Below, piece after piece: positions 54,613 through 62,930 of a DNA stretch of 64,000 nt. The translations under genes were made by a program, and so were the position numbers. Every line of letters begins with the position of its first letter. Positions within the stretch are counted from its first letter, which is position 1. Source of the stretch: Kiritimatiellia bacterium (GTDB lineage: Bacteria; Verrucomicrobiota; Kiritimatiellia; SS1-B-03-39; UBA6053); assembly GCA_046346795.1 (NCBI GenBank), contig JAXMHJ010000019.1, positions 1,305 to 65,304 of the forward strand. Direction: 5' to 3'. The notes beneath the pieces were generated by a model. That model saw nothing but the letters and a program-made list of their open reading frames with translations. It did no database searches and was not told where the DNA came from.

Positions 54613-56367
54613 TCAGTATTGCCAGATCAAGGTGAGCCAGCCGCTGTGCTGGCGGGTGTCGGAGCGGAGGCCGGACTGGGCGGGGACGATGGAGGCCAGG
54701 TCGTCCGCCTCCAGCATCTGCCAGGCGACATCGACCAGGAAGCCCCCGCCGGGGCGGAAACCGGTGCCGAGGGTGAACCCGTGATAGTCGTCGGTGCCGC
54801 CCGGCGCGGGGCGTTGCTCCCACAGGAGGCCGGCGCGCAGGGGAAGTTCGCGCCCGCCGGGCCGGGCCACCCATTCGGTGCCGAGGCCGTACGCCCAGGT
54901 GTCGCCCAGTTCGCGGGCCTGGGGGTCGTCGCCAAACCGGAAGTCGGACCATTGCGTGAACCGCGCGTCCGCGCTCACCAGCCAGTCGCCGAGAATCCGG
55001 AACCCGGCCCCGGCGGACAGGGCGAGGGGGAAATCCATCTCCATGTCCCGCCGGCTGGTGGAGGCGGCCTCGCGGGTGGAGAGGACGCGTCCGGAGGCCC
55101 CGTCGCGCAGGGTTTCGACGGTGCGGATCTCCCGGCGCTGCTCGGCGTCGGCCGTCCACGGCAGGTCGACCGCCACGCCCGCGGACGCCTTCCGCGGCGC
55201 GGCCCAGCGCAAGCCCAGGGTGCCGTTCCAGCCGGTGACGTCCTCGTAGCGGTTGAGCTCGGTGTACTCGCCCTCCAGGATTCGCTGGCGACGCGAGGTC
55301 GTGGTGGAGGTGGAGGAGAAGGTCGGCACGGTTCCGGTCTCGCCCGGGAGGGGCATCTGGAAGGACGGGGTGTAATCGGTCCCGGGCACGGTGAGGGTGC
55401 CCGCGGACGCATAAGTGCCGTCGGTGACGCGGGTGGTGGTCAGGCGTTCGTCGGAGGTGGTGCGGGCGGTGAAGCGCGCGGTCGTGCGCGAACGGAACTG
55501 ATTTTCGGACAGCGGGCTGTCCTGATTGAGATTCACGGCCGCGCCCAACGACCAGCCGGGGGCAAGGTTCACGGCGACCGACGGGCTGTAGGCCTCGATC
55601 ACGCCCTGCTGGACGAACTCGAAGGAGCCCTCCATCCCGGATTGAACCGATTGCCGCAGGGTCGCGGTGGAGCGCGTCGTGAGGTCGGCCAGGATGCCGA
55701 TGACGATCTCGTTGTTCTGGAAGGAGAGGGTGGAGGACTGCTGTTCATGATCGACCCGGCTCGCGGACGCGCCCGCGGAGTCGCGACGCGATGCGCGGAC
55801 GGCGGCGCGGAACTCCTGCCGGAAGTCGAAGACCCTCCTGACCTGCGCGCCGAGCGCGCCGTCGCGGCCCGCGCGGAAGACGGGCAGGACCAGGCTGGCG
55901 TGGTTGAGCGAGGTGGTGTCGAAGGAGGAGTCGCCGGGCTGGAAGCCGGGGTCGTCGGAATGGTGGCGGGTGTGCGCCGACCGGACGCGCACGCTGTCGC
56001 CGCGCCTCGGGCGACCGGGAGCTGCGCCGCGCCGGCCGGATTCCAGGAGGGGCCGCGGCGTCGTCGGACAGGAGAGGAAGGCCCTGCCAAACGCCAGGCT
56101 GCGGCAGCGGACCGACCCCGCCGGCAGCGGCGCGGAAAACAGCGCGGGCGGGGCGAAGGTCTGCAGACGCAGGCCGACCCCGGCCGGCGCGTCCGGCAGG
56201 CGGCCCACCGGGGCGAACACCATCGGGATGGGTCCGATCGGCGTGTTCACATCAAACACCCTCGCGTCCTCCGGCACGGGCGAGTCCGGCGCGAGAGGCC
56301 ACACGGCGGGGGCGCGGGCGGCGGCCAGCAGGGTCAGCCAGACAGGAATCAAGCGGGGGGTGCGCAT
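54613..56367 (-). CDS. Putative outer-membrane beta-barrel protein
   Basis: The Met is at 56367 (MRTPRLIPVWLTLLAAARAPA, signal-like) within ORF 54613..56832. It shows alternating amphipathic beta-strand patterning, Gly/Asp/Thr-rich loops and an aromatic C-terminus (GWLTLIWQY). Residues ~95-150 are oddly Arg-rich and could hide further frame errors. Confidence 0.55.
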   Translation of the reverse strand: MRTPRLIPVWLTLLAAARAPAVWPLAPDSPVPEDARVFDVNTPIGPIPMVFAPVGRLPDAPAGVGLRLQTFAPPALFSAPLPAGSVRCRSLAFGRAFLSCPTTPRPLLESGRRGAAPGRPRRGDSVRVRSAHTRHHSDDPGFQPGDSSFDTTSLNHASLVLPVFRAGRDGALGAQVRRVFDFRQEFRAAVRASRRDSAGASASRVDHEQQSSTLSFQNNEIVIGILADLTTRSTATLRQSVQSGMEGSFEFVQQGVIEAYSPSVAVNLAPGWSLGAAVNLNQDSPLSENQFRSRTTARFTARTTSDERLTTTRVTDGTYASAGTLTVPGTDYTPSFQMPLPGETGTVPTFSSTSTTTSRRQRILEGEYTELNRYEDVTGWNGTLGLRWAAPRKASAGVAVDLPWTADAEQRREIRTVETLRDGASGRVLSTREAASTSRRDMEMDFPLALSAGAGFRILGDWLVSADARFTQWSDFRFGDDPQARELGDTWAYGLGTEWVARPGGRELPLRAGLLWEQRPAPGGTDDYHGFTLGTGFRPGGGFLVDVAWQMLEADDLASIVPAQSGLRSDTRQHSGWLTLIWQY

Positions 56368-56454
56368 GGCGTTTGCGTTTGCAGGGTAGCACTCATGTTG
56401 ATAAGCTGTCGACCCCGGCAACGCCAATATTCGAACCGCTCCCACTTCGCCTCC

Positions 56455-57090
56455 ATGAACGCCGAAACCCCAGTCATCCCCCTCGACCGCCTCCTGGCCG
56501 GCGACGCGGAGGCGTGGACCGGGTTCATCCGGCAGGTCGATCCCGTCATCGTCTCCGTGGTGGGCTGGCGCAAGTGGAATTTCCCGCTCTCCCTGCAGGA
56601 GGACGTCTGCCAGCAAATCCGCGCGGAATTGCCCAAGGCGCTCGCCAACTTCAAGGGCGATGCGTCGATGAAGACGTTTCTCCAGCGCGTTTCCATCAAT
56701 CGCTGCATCGATGTCGTCCGCTACCGCGCGCCGAGGCGGAACATCTCGGTCGAACTCGACCTTGCGCCCGGCGAGGACGGCGACTCCCGCCAGCCCGAGG
56801 CGGTTGATCCGCATGAGGAGGTGGGCCACCAACTGGCCCGCGAGGAACTGGCTGATGCGACCCGGGCGGCCCTGAGGGCTTTGGGCGGCGATTGCGAGGG
56901 CATCATCGGAGACTTCTATCTCAAGGGCTTCAAATACAAGGAGATCGGGGAAAAACGAGGCATGACCATCGGCGCCGTCTGCGGAAAAATCTCCAGATGT
57001 TTGGGGTTATTCAAAAAGATTTGCGCCGAAAATGTCGTACTGTCCGAATACTTGAACCTGTCCTCCGACCATCAAAGAGATCCGTCATGA
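56455..57090 (+). CDS. ECF-type sigma-70 family RNA polymerase sigma factor
   Basis: The ATG is at 56455 inside ORF 54619..57090. The region-2-like part reads FLQRVSINRCIDVVRYR. The region 4 HTH reads DFYLKGFKYKEIGEKRGMTIGAVCGKISRCL. The upstream part of that long ORF is antisense shadow of the barrel gene. Confidence 0.8.
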   Translation: MNAETPVIPLDRLLAGDAEAWTGFIRQVDPVIVSVVGWRKWNFPLSLQEDVCQQIRAELPKALANFKGDASMKTFLQRVSINRCIDVVRYRAPRRNISVELDLAPGEDGDSRQPEAVDPHEEVGHQLAREELADATRAALRALGGDCEGIIGDFYLKGFKYKEIGEKRGMTIGAVCGKISRCLGLFKKICAENVVLSEYLNLSSDHQRDPS

Positions 57091-57797
57091 ATACGAACTC
57101 CAATAGCCATGCCTCCGAGCAGATTTGGCAGTTTCTCCACGGAGAGATGAACCCCGCCGAACATGCTGCCTTTGAGCTCCTCGTCCTGCAGGATGCCAGA
57201 CTTGCCGCCGAATTGCACCGCCAGCGTCCGTTGCATCTCCTCCTGAAAAACGCCGCCGCCGAGCCTCTGGCCGACCGTTTGCTGCGGGAATATCAGTCCG
57301 AACAGGCGGCCCCCATGCCTGCGGCCGCGGCCACCCCCGGGGGCCGGGTCCTGCGCTTTCCCAAAAGGAACCGCCTGTACGCCCTGGCCGCCTGCGCGGC
57401 CGTGGTGGCGGGAACGCTGTGGGTGCACCTTGCCGGGGGGCCCCGACGTAGGCGGAGCCCCGCCCACGCCTGCGCCTTCCGGGCGGGCGAGCCCGCTCCC
57501 CCGCGGGCAAATATGCGAACGAGGCTCGTGACCGCCACCCGGCGCGTGACGTCGTTCGTGAATGCCGAGGCCCGCCGCCGTAGGGACTCCCGCCTGCATG
57601 ACCTGCGCAAAAACCCGCTGCAGATGTCCATCGAGGAGATTTTCGCAGGCCAGGTTTCCCTCACCGTCGAAGTCCCCGGCCGCGGCGCCTGGACCGGGAA
57701 CTTCGCCTCGCTGGACGCGCTCAACCAGCAGTCCCCGCAGATCGCGGTGGATATCGTCGATTTTCTTTCGGGCAAGCCTGCCCTCCGTCTGCCGTGA
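57087..57797 (+). CDS. Putative anti-sigma factor (single-pass membrane protein)
   Basis: The ATG at 57087 overlaps the sigma-factor stop (ATGA). The N-terminus is zf-HC2-like in position (IWQFLHGEMNPAEHAAFE). There is one TM segment (LYALAACAAVVAGTLWVHL). The Arg-rich middle part may contain frame errors. Confidence 0.55.
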   Translation: MNTNSNSHASEQIWQFLHGEMNPAEHAAFELLVLQDARLAAELHRQRPLHLLLKNAAAEPLADRLLREYQSEQAAPMPAAAATPGGRVLRFPKRNRLYALAACAAVVAGTLWVHLAGGPRRRRSPAHACAFRAGEPAPPRANMRTRLVTATRRVTSFVNAEARRRRDSRLHDLRKNPLQMSIEEIFAGQVSLTVEVPGRGAWTGNFASLDALNQQSPQIAVDIVDFLSGKPALRLP

Positions 57798-59333
57798 GGC
57801 TCCCCATGCCGCGCAAACGCCAGTCCTGGCGGAGGCATCCCCGTCTGGTCCCGCTGCTTTTCCTGGACGCTCCTTGCCGCCGGTTGCGCGGGGCTCCGCC
57901 TGGAACGGCCCGACGACGCCGAGCAACTCGCCGGCAACGAATGGTGGAACTTCTACCGCCGGGCCCGCGCCCGCTTCGACGCCGGCAACATCGCCGGGGC
58001 CCGCGAGGATTTTGAGCGCTGCCTTGGCCTCCGCAAGGGCTCGTCCACGATCAATCCCGCCGAACTTGACGCACCTACGGATGCGCACGCTCGACCTCTA
58101 CTTCCCGCATCGTGAACTGGGCATCTGCCTGCACCTCGAGGGCGAGATCAACGCGGCCCGCCCCCTGCTGGAACGCTCGCTCAAGGACCTGCCCACCGAA
58201 CGCGCCCGCTTCTACCTCAACCGATCCCCGCGCCCGACCCGGCCGCGCCCTGGCCACGCCGGGGCCGACCCCGCGCCGCGCAATGCCTGCCCGGTGGACA
58301 TCCCCGGGGGTCCCGTGCGCCCCGAACCCGCGCCGACCGGGACCGCCTTCCCCCCCGGCTCACGACCTCCGACCGCGGTTCCGTCGTCCGCACCGGCGGC
58401 GAGGAATGGCTGCTCTCGGGCGAGGTGGCCGACCGCGGCGGCGTCGCCTCGGTGCTCGTGGAGGGCGAAGACTGGCTGGAGGACCGCAAGGGCCCCGACT
58501 ACGCCGTCTTCTCCGGCATGCTCCCTCTGCAGCCCGGGACCAACCACTTCGAGGTCGTCGCCCTGGATCTCGCCGGCAACCGGAGCGAAACGTCCACCGT
58601 CACCATCGTGCGCGAAATCCCCCGCTATGTCCTGCCCGAGCATCGCCTCGCCGCGACCCTCCAGTGGATTCCCGATCCGGACCGCAAGCCCTCCGACCGC
58701 GCGAACCTCGCCCGCAAGCTCGCCGAGACCGCCTTCCAGTCCGGCCGGCTCCCGCGCTTCCGCCTGCTCGCGCGTGACGAGGAACGCCTGCGCTCGCTGC
58801 TGGCCGAGCAGCGGATCAGCCTCTCCGGCCTCGCCGACAAACGGCTCGCCCTCCCGTACGGACAGATCTCCACCGCCGACCTCATGTTGTTCTTCCAGTA
58901 CGATGAATACGGCACCAACCGCCTCCCGGTCGTGGTGGCGCACGTGGTCGAGGCCGAGACCGGCGCGGTGCTCTTCACCGAGGATGTGTTCGTGCACGAC
59001 CGCCCCGATCTCGCCCTCAAGGACCAGCTTCGCGGCCTCGCGGCCCTTGTGGAAAGCCGCTTCCCCCTGGTGGGCGGACGGATCCGGAATCTCGCCGGCC
59101 GGACCGCGGAGACCGACCTGTGCCAGTCCTCGGGCGTGCGGCCGGGCTGCCGCTTTTTCGTGCTCGCCGGGGCGGCGGTCCCGCCGCCGGAAAACGCCGC
59201 GATCCGGAAGGCCGGCGAACGCTTTCTGGAACTGGTGCTGACCGCGGTGGATGACAAATCCTCCCGGGGCCGGCTGGTTCCCGGCCGGCCGGATGACATG
59301 ACGCAAGCAGGAGACTGGATCTATGCGCGCTAG
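57794..59333 (+). pseudogene. Lipoprotein with a TPR-like segment, an Ig-like domain and an LpoB/CsgG-like domain, with at least 3 frame breaks in the 5' third
   Basis: The GTG at 57794 overlaps the anti-sigma stop (GTGA). The pieces are:
- a lipobox (LLAAGCAG) readable in a second frame (~57849-58075)
- RTLDLYFPHRELGICLHLEGEINAARPLLERSLKDLPTERARFYLN in a third frame
- an intact ORF 58425..59333, which carries an Ig-like unit (VLVEGEDW...GTNHFEVVALDLAGNRSE) and an LpoB/CsgG-like part (RFRLLARDEERLRSLLAEQRISLSGLAD). Confidence 0.6.
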
Positions 59334-60783
59334 CCATTTGCTGATCGCCACCCTGGCGGCCCTGCCGCCCTCCACCCACGTGCGGGCGGAGGAGGCGGCG
59401 CCCAGCCGGTTGAATTACCACGCCGTGGTCATCGGCGTCAGCGACTACGCCGACCACGGCGCCGAGGGCTGGAGCGACCTCCGCACCGCCAGCAGAGACG
59501 CCGCGGCGATCGCCGGCGTTCTCGAGAAGAACTACGGATTCAAGGTCACCCGCCTGCTCGACGGCGACGCCACCCGCGGCGCCGTCATCGCCGCGCTGGA
59601 CCGGATCGCCGCCCTCGGCCCCAACGACGCCTGCCTCGTCTTCTTCGCCGGACACGGCAGCTATTCCGAGCGGACCGGCGAGGGCTATTGGATCCCCTGC
59701 GACGCCCGGGCCACCGACGGCAAGCGCAAACCCGTCGAAGACTGGGTTTGGAATTCCACCCTCACCCGCCTGTGCGACGCCTCCCAGGCCCGGCACATCC
59801 TGGTCCTCTCCGACTCCTGCTACAGCGGCTCGCTCTTCCGCGGGGGGAACGAGATGACGAACCCCGATCTCCAGTACTACCGCCGGTCCGTCCGCCTGCC
59901 CGCGCGGCAACTCCTCACCAGCGGCGACCTCGAGCCCGTGCCCGACGGCGGCGCGGTCAACAGCAAGTTTACGGAGCAGGTCCTGCAGTTCCTGTCCGAT
60001 CCCGACCGCAAGGTCTTTGCCGCGTCCGAGCTGGGCGTCGCCGTCTGCCGGCGCGTCAGCTCCCTCACCGGCACGCTGCCCCGGTTCGGCCCGCTGAACG
60101 TCGGCGCGCACGCCGGCGGTGATTTTGTCTTCGCCGCCGCCGGCGTGGACCTTCCCCCGGGCGACGCCCCGACCCTGGCGCTCGGACGTTCCCGCGCCGG
60201 CGATCCCCTCGACGCCCTCGTGCTCGACGAGCAGGGCTGGGGGCTGGGGGCCCGGTTGCTGGCGGGGCAGGCCCTGGCCGCGCCAAAAAGCGCGGAGTCG
60301 CAGGATGTCTCCGGCGACGTCACCGAGATGCTCAAGTCCATCGATGCAGACCTCCGGAAGAACTCCGCGCCCGCACCCGCGCCCGCCCGGGTCGCCCCCG
60401 GCACCTGGGTCGTGCTGCCGTTCAAGATTTCCACCGAGGGTGTCGACCCCGCCCGCGAGGCCGCGCTCTTCCGCGAACGGCTCACCCGCCAGTTGCGCAC
60501 CCGCGGCGCGCAGGTGCTGAACCGCTCCGACCTGGAGACCATCCTGCGCGAACACCGCCTCTCCACCTCCGATCTCACCGATCCCGCGCGCAAGCTGGAG
60601 GTGGGCCACCTGCTGCCCGCCGCCCGGCTGGTCTCCGGCGAGGTCATCCCCGACGGCGACCGGCTGCTGGTTTTCCTGTCCGTCACCGACACCTCCACCT
60701 CCGCACTCCGCCTGCTGGACGAGGTGGACATGAAGAAGGCCGACATCAAGGAGGTCGGTCGCAAGCTCAAGGCGGAGGAATGA
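59323..60783 (+). CDS. Caspase-family (peptidase C14) protein with a C-terminal LpoB/CsgG-like domain
   Basis: It has a signal peptide (MRASHLLIATLAALPPSTHVRA). The caspase core is YHAVVIGVSDY...CLVFFAGHGS (His codon at 59653-59655) ... ILVLSDSCYSG (Cys codon at 59818-59820). The C-terminal part reads WVVLPFK...RGAQVLNRSDLETILREHRLSTSDLTD...GHLLPAARLVSGEV. The gene overlaps the upstream gene by 11 nt. Confidence 0.8.
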   Translation: MRASHLLIATLAALPPSTHVRAEEAAPSRLNYHAVVIGVSDYADHGAEGWSDLRTASRDAAAIAGVLEKNYGFKVTRLLDGDATRGAVIAALDRIAALGPNDACLVFFAGHGSYSERTGEGYWIPCDARATDGKRKPVEDWVWNSTLTRLCDASQARHILVLSDSCYSGSLFRGGNEMTNPDLQYYRRSVRLPARQLLTSGDLEPVPDGGAVNSKFTEQVLQFLSDPDRKVFAASELGVAVCRRVSSLTGTLPRFGPLNVGAHAGGDFVFAAAGVDLPPGDAPTLALGRSRAGDPLDALVLDEQGWGLGARLLAGQALAAPKSAESQDVSGDVTEMLKSIDADLRKNSAPAPAPARVAPGTWVVLPFKISTEGVDPAREAALFRERLTRQLRTRGAQVLNRSDLETILREHRLSTSDLTDPARKLEVGHLLPAARLVSGEVIPDGDRLLVFLSVTDTSTSALRLLDEVDMKKADIKEVGRKLKAEE

Positions 60784-60864
60784 CGCAGGCTCGGCAGAGC
60801 CGCCTCGCCCTACCAACCCGTGGGAAAATCCGGCCATGGGGTTTGCGGCTGCGCCGGAAGAGTT

Positions 60865-61053
60865 CACGCCCGCTTCGCTCAAGACGCAAAGACGCCTGGA
60901 AGAAATTTTAACCACTGAACACAGAGGTCACAGAGAAAGATTGCAGATTTTGTGCTCTGTGCTCTCTGTGTTCTCAGTGGTGGAAAATCGTGTTTGGATG
61001 CACCTACATCTTGGCGTCTTTGCGTCTTGAAGCCGCTACCGCGGCTGGGCGTG
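60865..61053. repeat. ~190-bp nested imperfect palindromic element, copy B
   Basis: The sequence cacgcccgcttcgctcaagacgcaaagacgcc...accactgaacacagaggtcacagagaaag...ctctctgtgttctcagtggtgg...ggcgtctttgcgtcttgaagccgctaccgcggctgggcgtg is collinear with copy A at 4980..5169, and its palindrome is better preserved. Confidence 0.7.
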
Positions 61054-61106
61054 AGCTCTACATTCTCGCAGACGGTATGAACCGCCCGGAAGATCCCAAA
61101 ACCCGG

Positions 61107-61778
61107 TCAGCGTCGGCGGAACCGGCGGACGGTCAGCAGGCCCAGAACGAGGAGTCCCGCGGTCGCCGGTTCAGGCGCGGCGGCGGCGGTCGCGTGGAAG
61201 CCGATGCGCTCGGTGGTTCCGGGCAGGGCGTTGTCCACCTCCGCCAGGGTGTACTCGGTCCAGTCCGCCGCGTTGAAGTCGGTGTTGACCCCGGTGGTGA
61301 CGCCCGCATTGCGGACGAAGGACCGGTTGGCGAACGGCGCGGTAGTTGTCGAGGTGTTTCCAAAGGCATCGACCACGTTGGCGAAGGCATAGGTGGGCTG
61401 CTTGTACAGGGCGATCGTATCGTCGCCGTTGAAGTTGATGACCGTGGTGCTGGTGGCGTTTGCCGGCTGGGCGTACGAGGGAGCGGAAGAGGTGTTGTAC
61501 GACAACAGGTAGGTGTTCCCGGCGGGGATGGTGCCGCTCAGCGACATGGTCCGGATGGGTGCCGTTCCCGCCTTCCAGGCTTCGCGGTTGTTATTGAGCC
61601 AAAGGCCGAGCTGAAAGGAGTCGGCCGCGAGGTCCACGTCCGTGGTCCCCGCGTTGTATAGTTCGATCCATTTGTCCGCGCCGATGGCGCCGGCGTAATA
61701 CTGTGAGATGATGATGTCCGCGCGGGAGACGGACGCGGCCAGAAGGCAGAACAGTGATGCGGTGCAACGTGCGTTCAT
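61107..61778 (-). CDS. Lamin-tail-domain (LTD) protein with PEP-CTERM anchor
   Basis: The Met is at 61778 (MNARCTASLFCLLAASVSRA). The LTD-like core reads IIISQYYAG...DKWIELYNAGTTDVDLA...GTIPAGNTYLL...NFNGDDTIALY. The C-terminus APEPATAGLLVLGLLTVRRFRRR is a PEP-CTERM signal. Confidence 0.8.
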   Translation of the reverse strand: MNARCTASLFCLLAASVSRADIIISQYYAGAIGADKWIELYNAGTTDVDLAADSFQLGLWLNNNREAWKAGTAPIRTMSLSGTIPAGNTYLLSYNTSSAPSYAQPANATSTTVINFNGDDTIALYKQPTYAFANVVDAFGNTSTTTAPFANRSFVRNAGVTTGVNTDFNAADWTEYTLAEVDNALPGTTERIGFHATAAAAPEPATAGLLVLGLLTVRRFRRR

Positions 61779-61944
61779 GGAGGGGATTGGGGAGAAATTA
61801 CTCGTTTGCACGGCCCCATGGCAAACACATTGTTGCACGGATTGGAACAAAGACGGAGGCTGATCACCCGGCGACCCGGCGTTTCACGAAAACGGCCGGC
61901 CCCCGTGGAGTGACCGGCCGGATCGGGCTCGGGGTGTCCGGGGA

Positions 61945-62820
61945 TCAGGGTCGGATGACCTTCACCGCATGGACCCGCTGATGGTCGTTGTTGTCCAGGG
62001 AGACCACCGGCAGGTACGAATTGCTGGGTGAGGAGGGAATGCTGACGTCGGCGGTGGCCAGCAACGTGACTCCCGAATCGGTCGGTGCCCAGGGAATGGC
62101 ATTGGACCCCGGAACATGCCAGATGTTGCACACCACACTCAGGGCGGGCCCGGACTGTTGGCGCATCAGGAACTCGACCAGCAGCCACTTGGTCGGCGAC
62201 GGGATGCTCACATCCTTGTCCCGCTTGGTCTCGGGCGAGTTGAAGGCGGTGTAGCCCGGATTGCTGTCATAACCGACCGTATAATACAGCTTGGTGGCCT
62301 TTTCGGTGGAGGACACGGTTTCCAAGGTGGCCAGCGCCTTGGCCAGCCTCTTGATCGAGGTGCCGCTGGGGCGGTCGATCAGGTCCACGGACTCTTCAAA
62401 CCCGATGTACATGGGTCCGGATGTTGCGGTCCGCCTGACCAGGAAGTAGAGCTTGTTGGTGGAGGAGGAGGTGGTGAAGCCGAAGTCCTCGAAGCGGAGG
62501 TAGTGCGAGTTGGCGGAGGTGTAGCTGCCGCTGGCATTCACCAGGGCCACCGGATCGTTTCCCGAGGCGTCCACATAACCGGCCTCGTCGCGATTGTCCG
62601 CCGAGGAGAGATCCCCGGGGGAATCGCTGTTCTCCGTTCGCAGGGTGTCCGCAAACGCATCCGGATTGTTGCCGTCGTAGGTCGCTCCGGCCGCGCCGAA
62701 GAAATAGTTCGCGCCGGTTTTCTGCGCCTTGTACCAGGTGTTGTTCGCCGCCGGATCCGCAAATGCGGTTCCCATCATGACCTGCAACCCCAGAATCAGC
62801 ATACTGTGTGCGATTTTCAT
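61945..62820 (-). CDS. Secreted hypothetical protein
   Basis: The Met is at 62820 (MKIAHSMLILGLQVMMGTAFA) within ORF 61945..62916. The composition is Ser/Thr/Asn/Asp-rich and beta-type. GC is moderately lower than in neighbouring genes. I recognise no family. Confidence 0.65.
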   Translation of the reverse strand: MKIAHSMLILGLQVMMGTAFADPAANNTWYKAQKTGANYFFGAAGATYDGNNPDAFADTLRTENSDSPGDLSSADNRDEAGYVDASGNDPVALVNASGSYTSANSHYLRFEDFGFTTSSSTNKLYFLVRRTATSGPMYIGFEESVDLIDRPSGTSIKRLAKALATLETVSSTEKATKLYYTVGYDSNPGYTAFNSPETKRDKDVSIPSPTKWLLVEFLMRQQSGPALSVVCNIWHVPGSNAIPWAPTDSGVTLLATADVSIPSSPSNSYLPVVSLDNNDHQRVHAVKVIRP

Positions 62821-62930
62821 CTGTTTCCCCTCCGTTTGTGGTTGAATGAGAGTTCGGAATAAACCTAGCCTGCTAGACGACACATTGTAAGATAGGTGCC
62901 GGCGTGGCAATTTCATTCTTCACCAGGTGC

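Noticed and set aside
54619-56454. The upstream 612 codons of the 823-aa plus-strand ORF 54619..57090.
   Set aside because: This part is antisense shadow of the outer-membrane barrel gene. Sigma-factor sequence starts only at ATG 56455.
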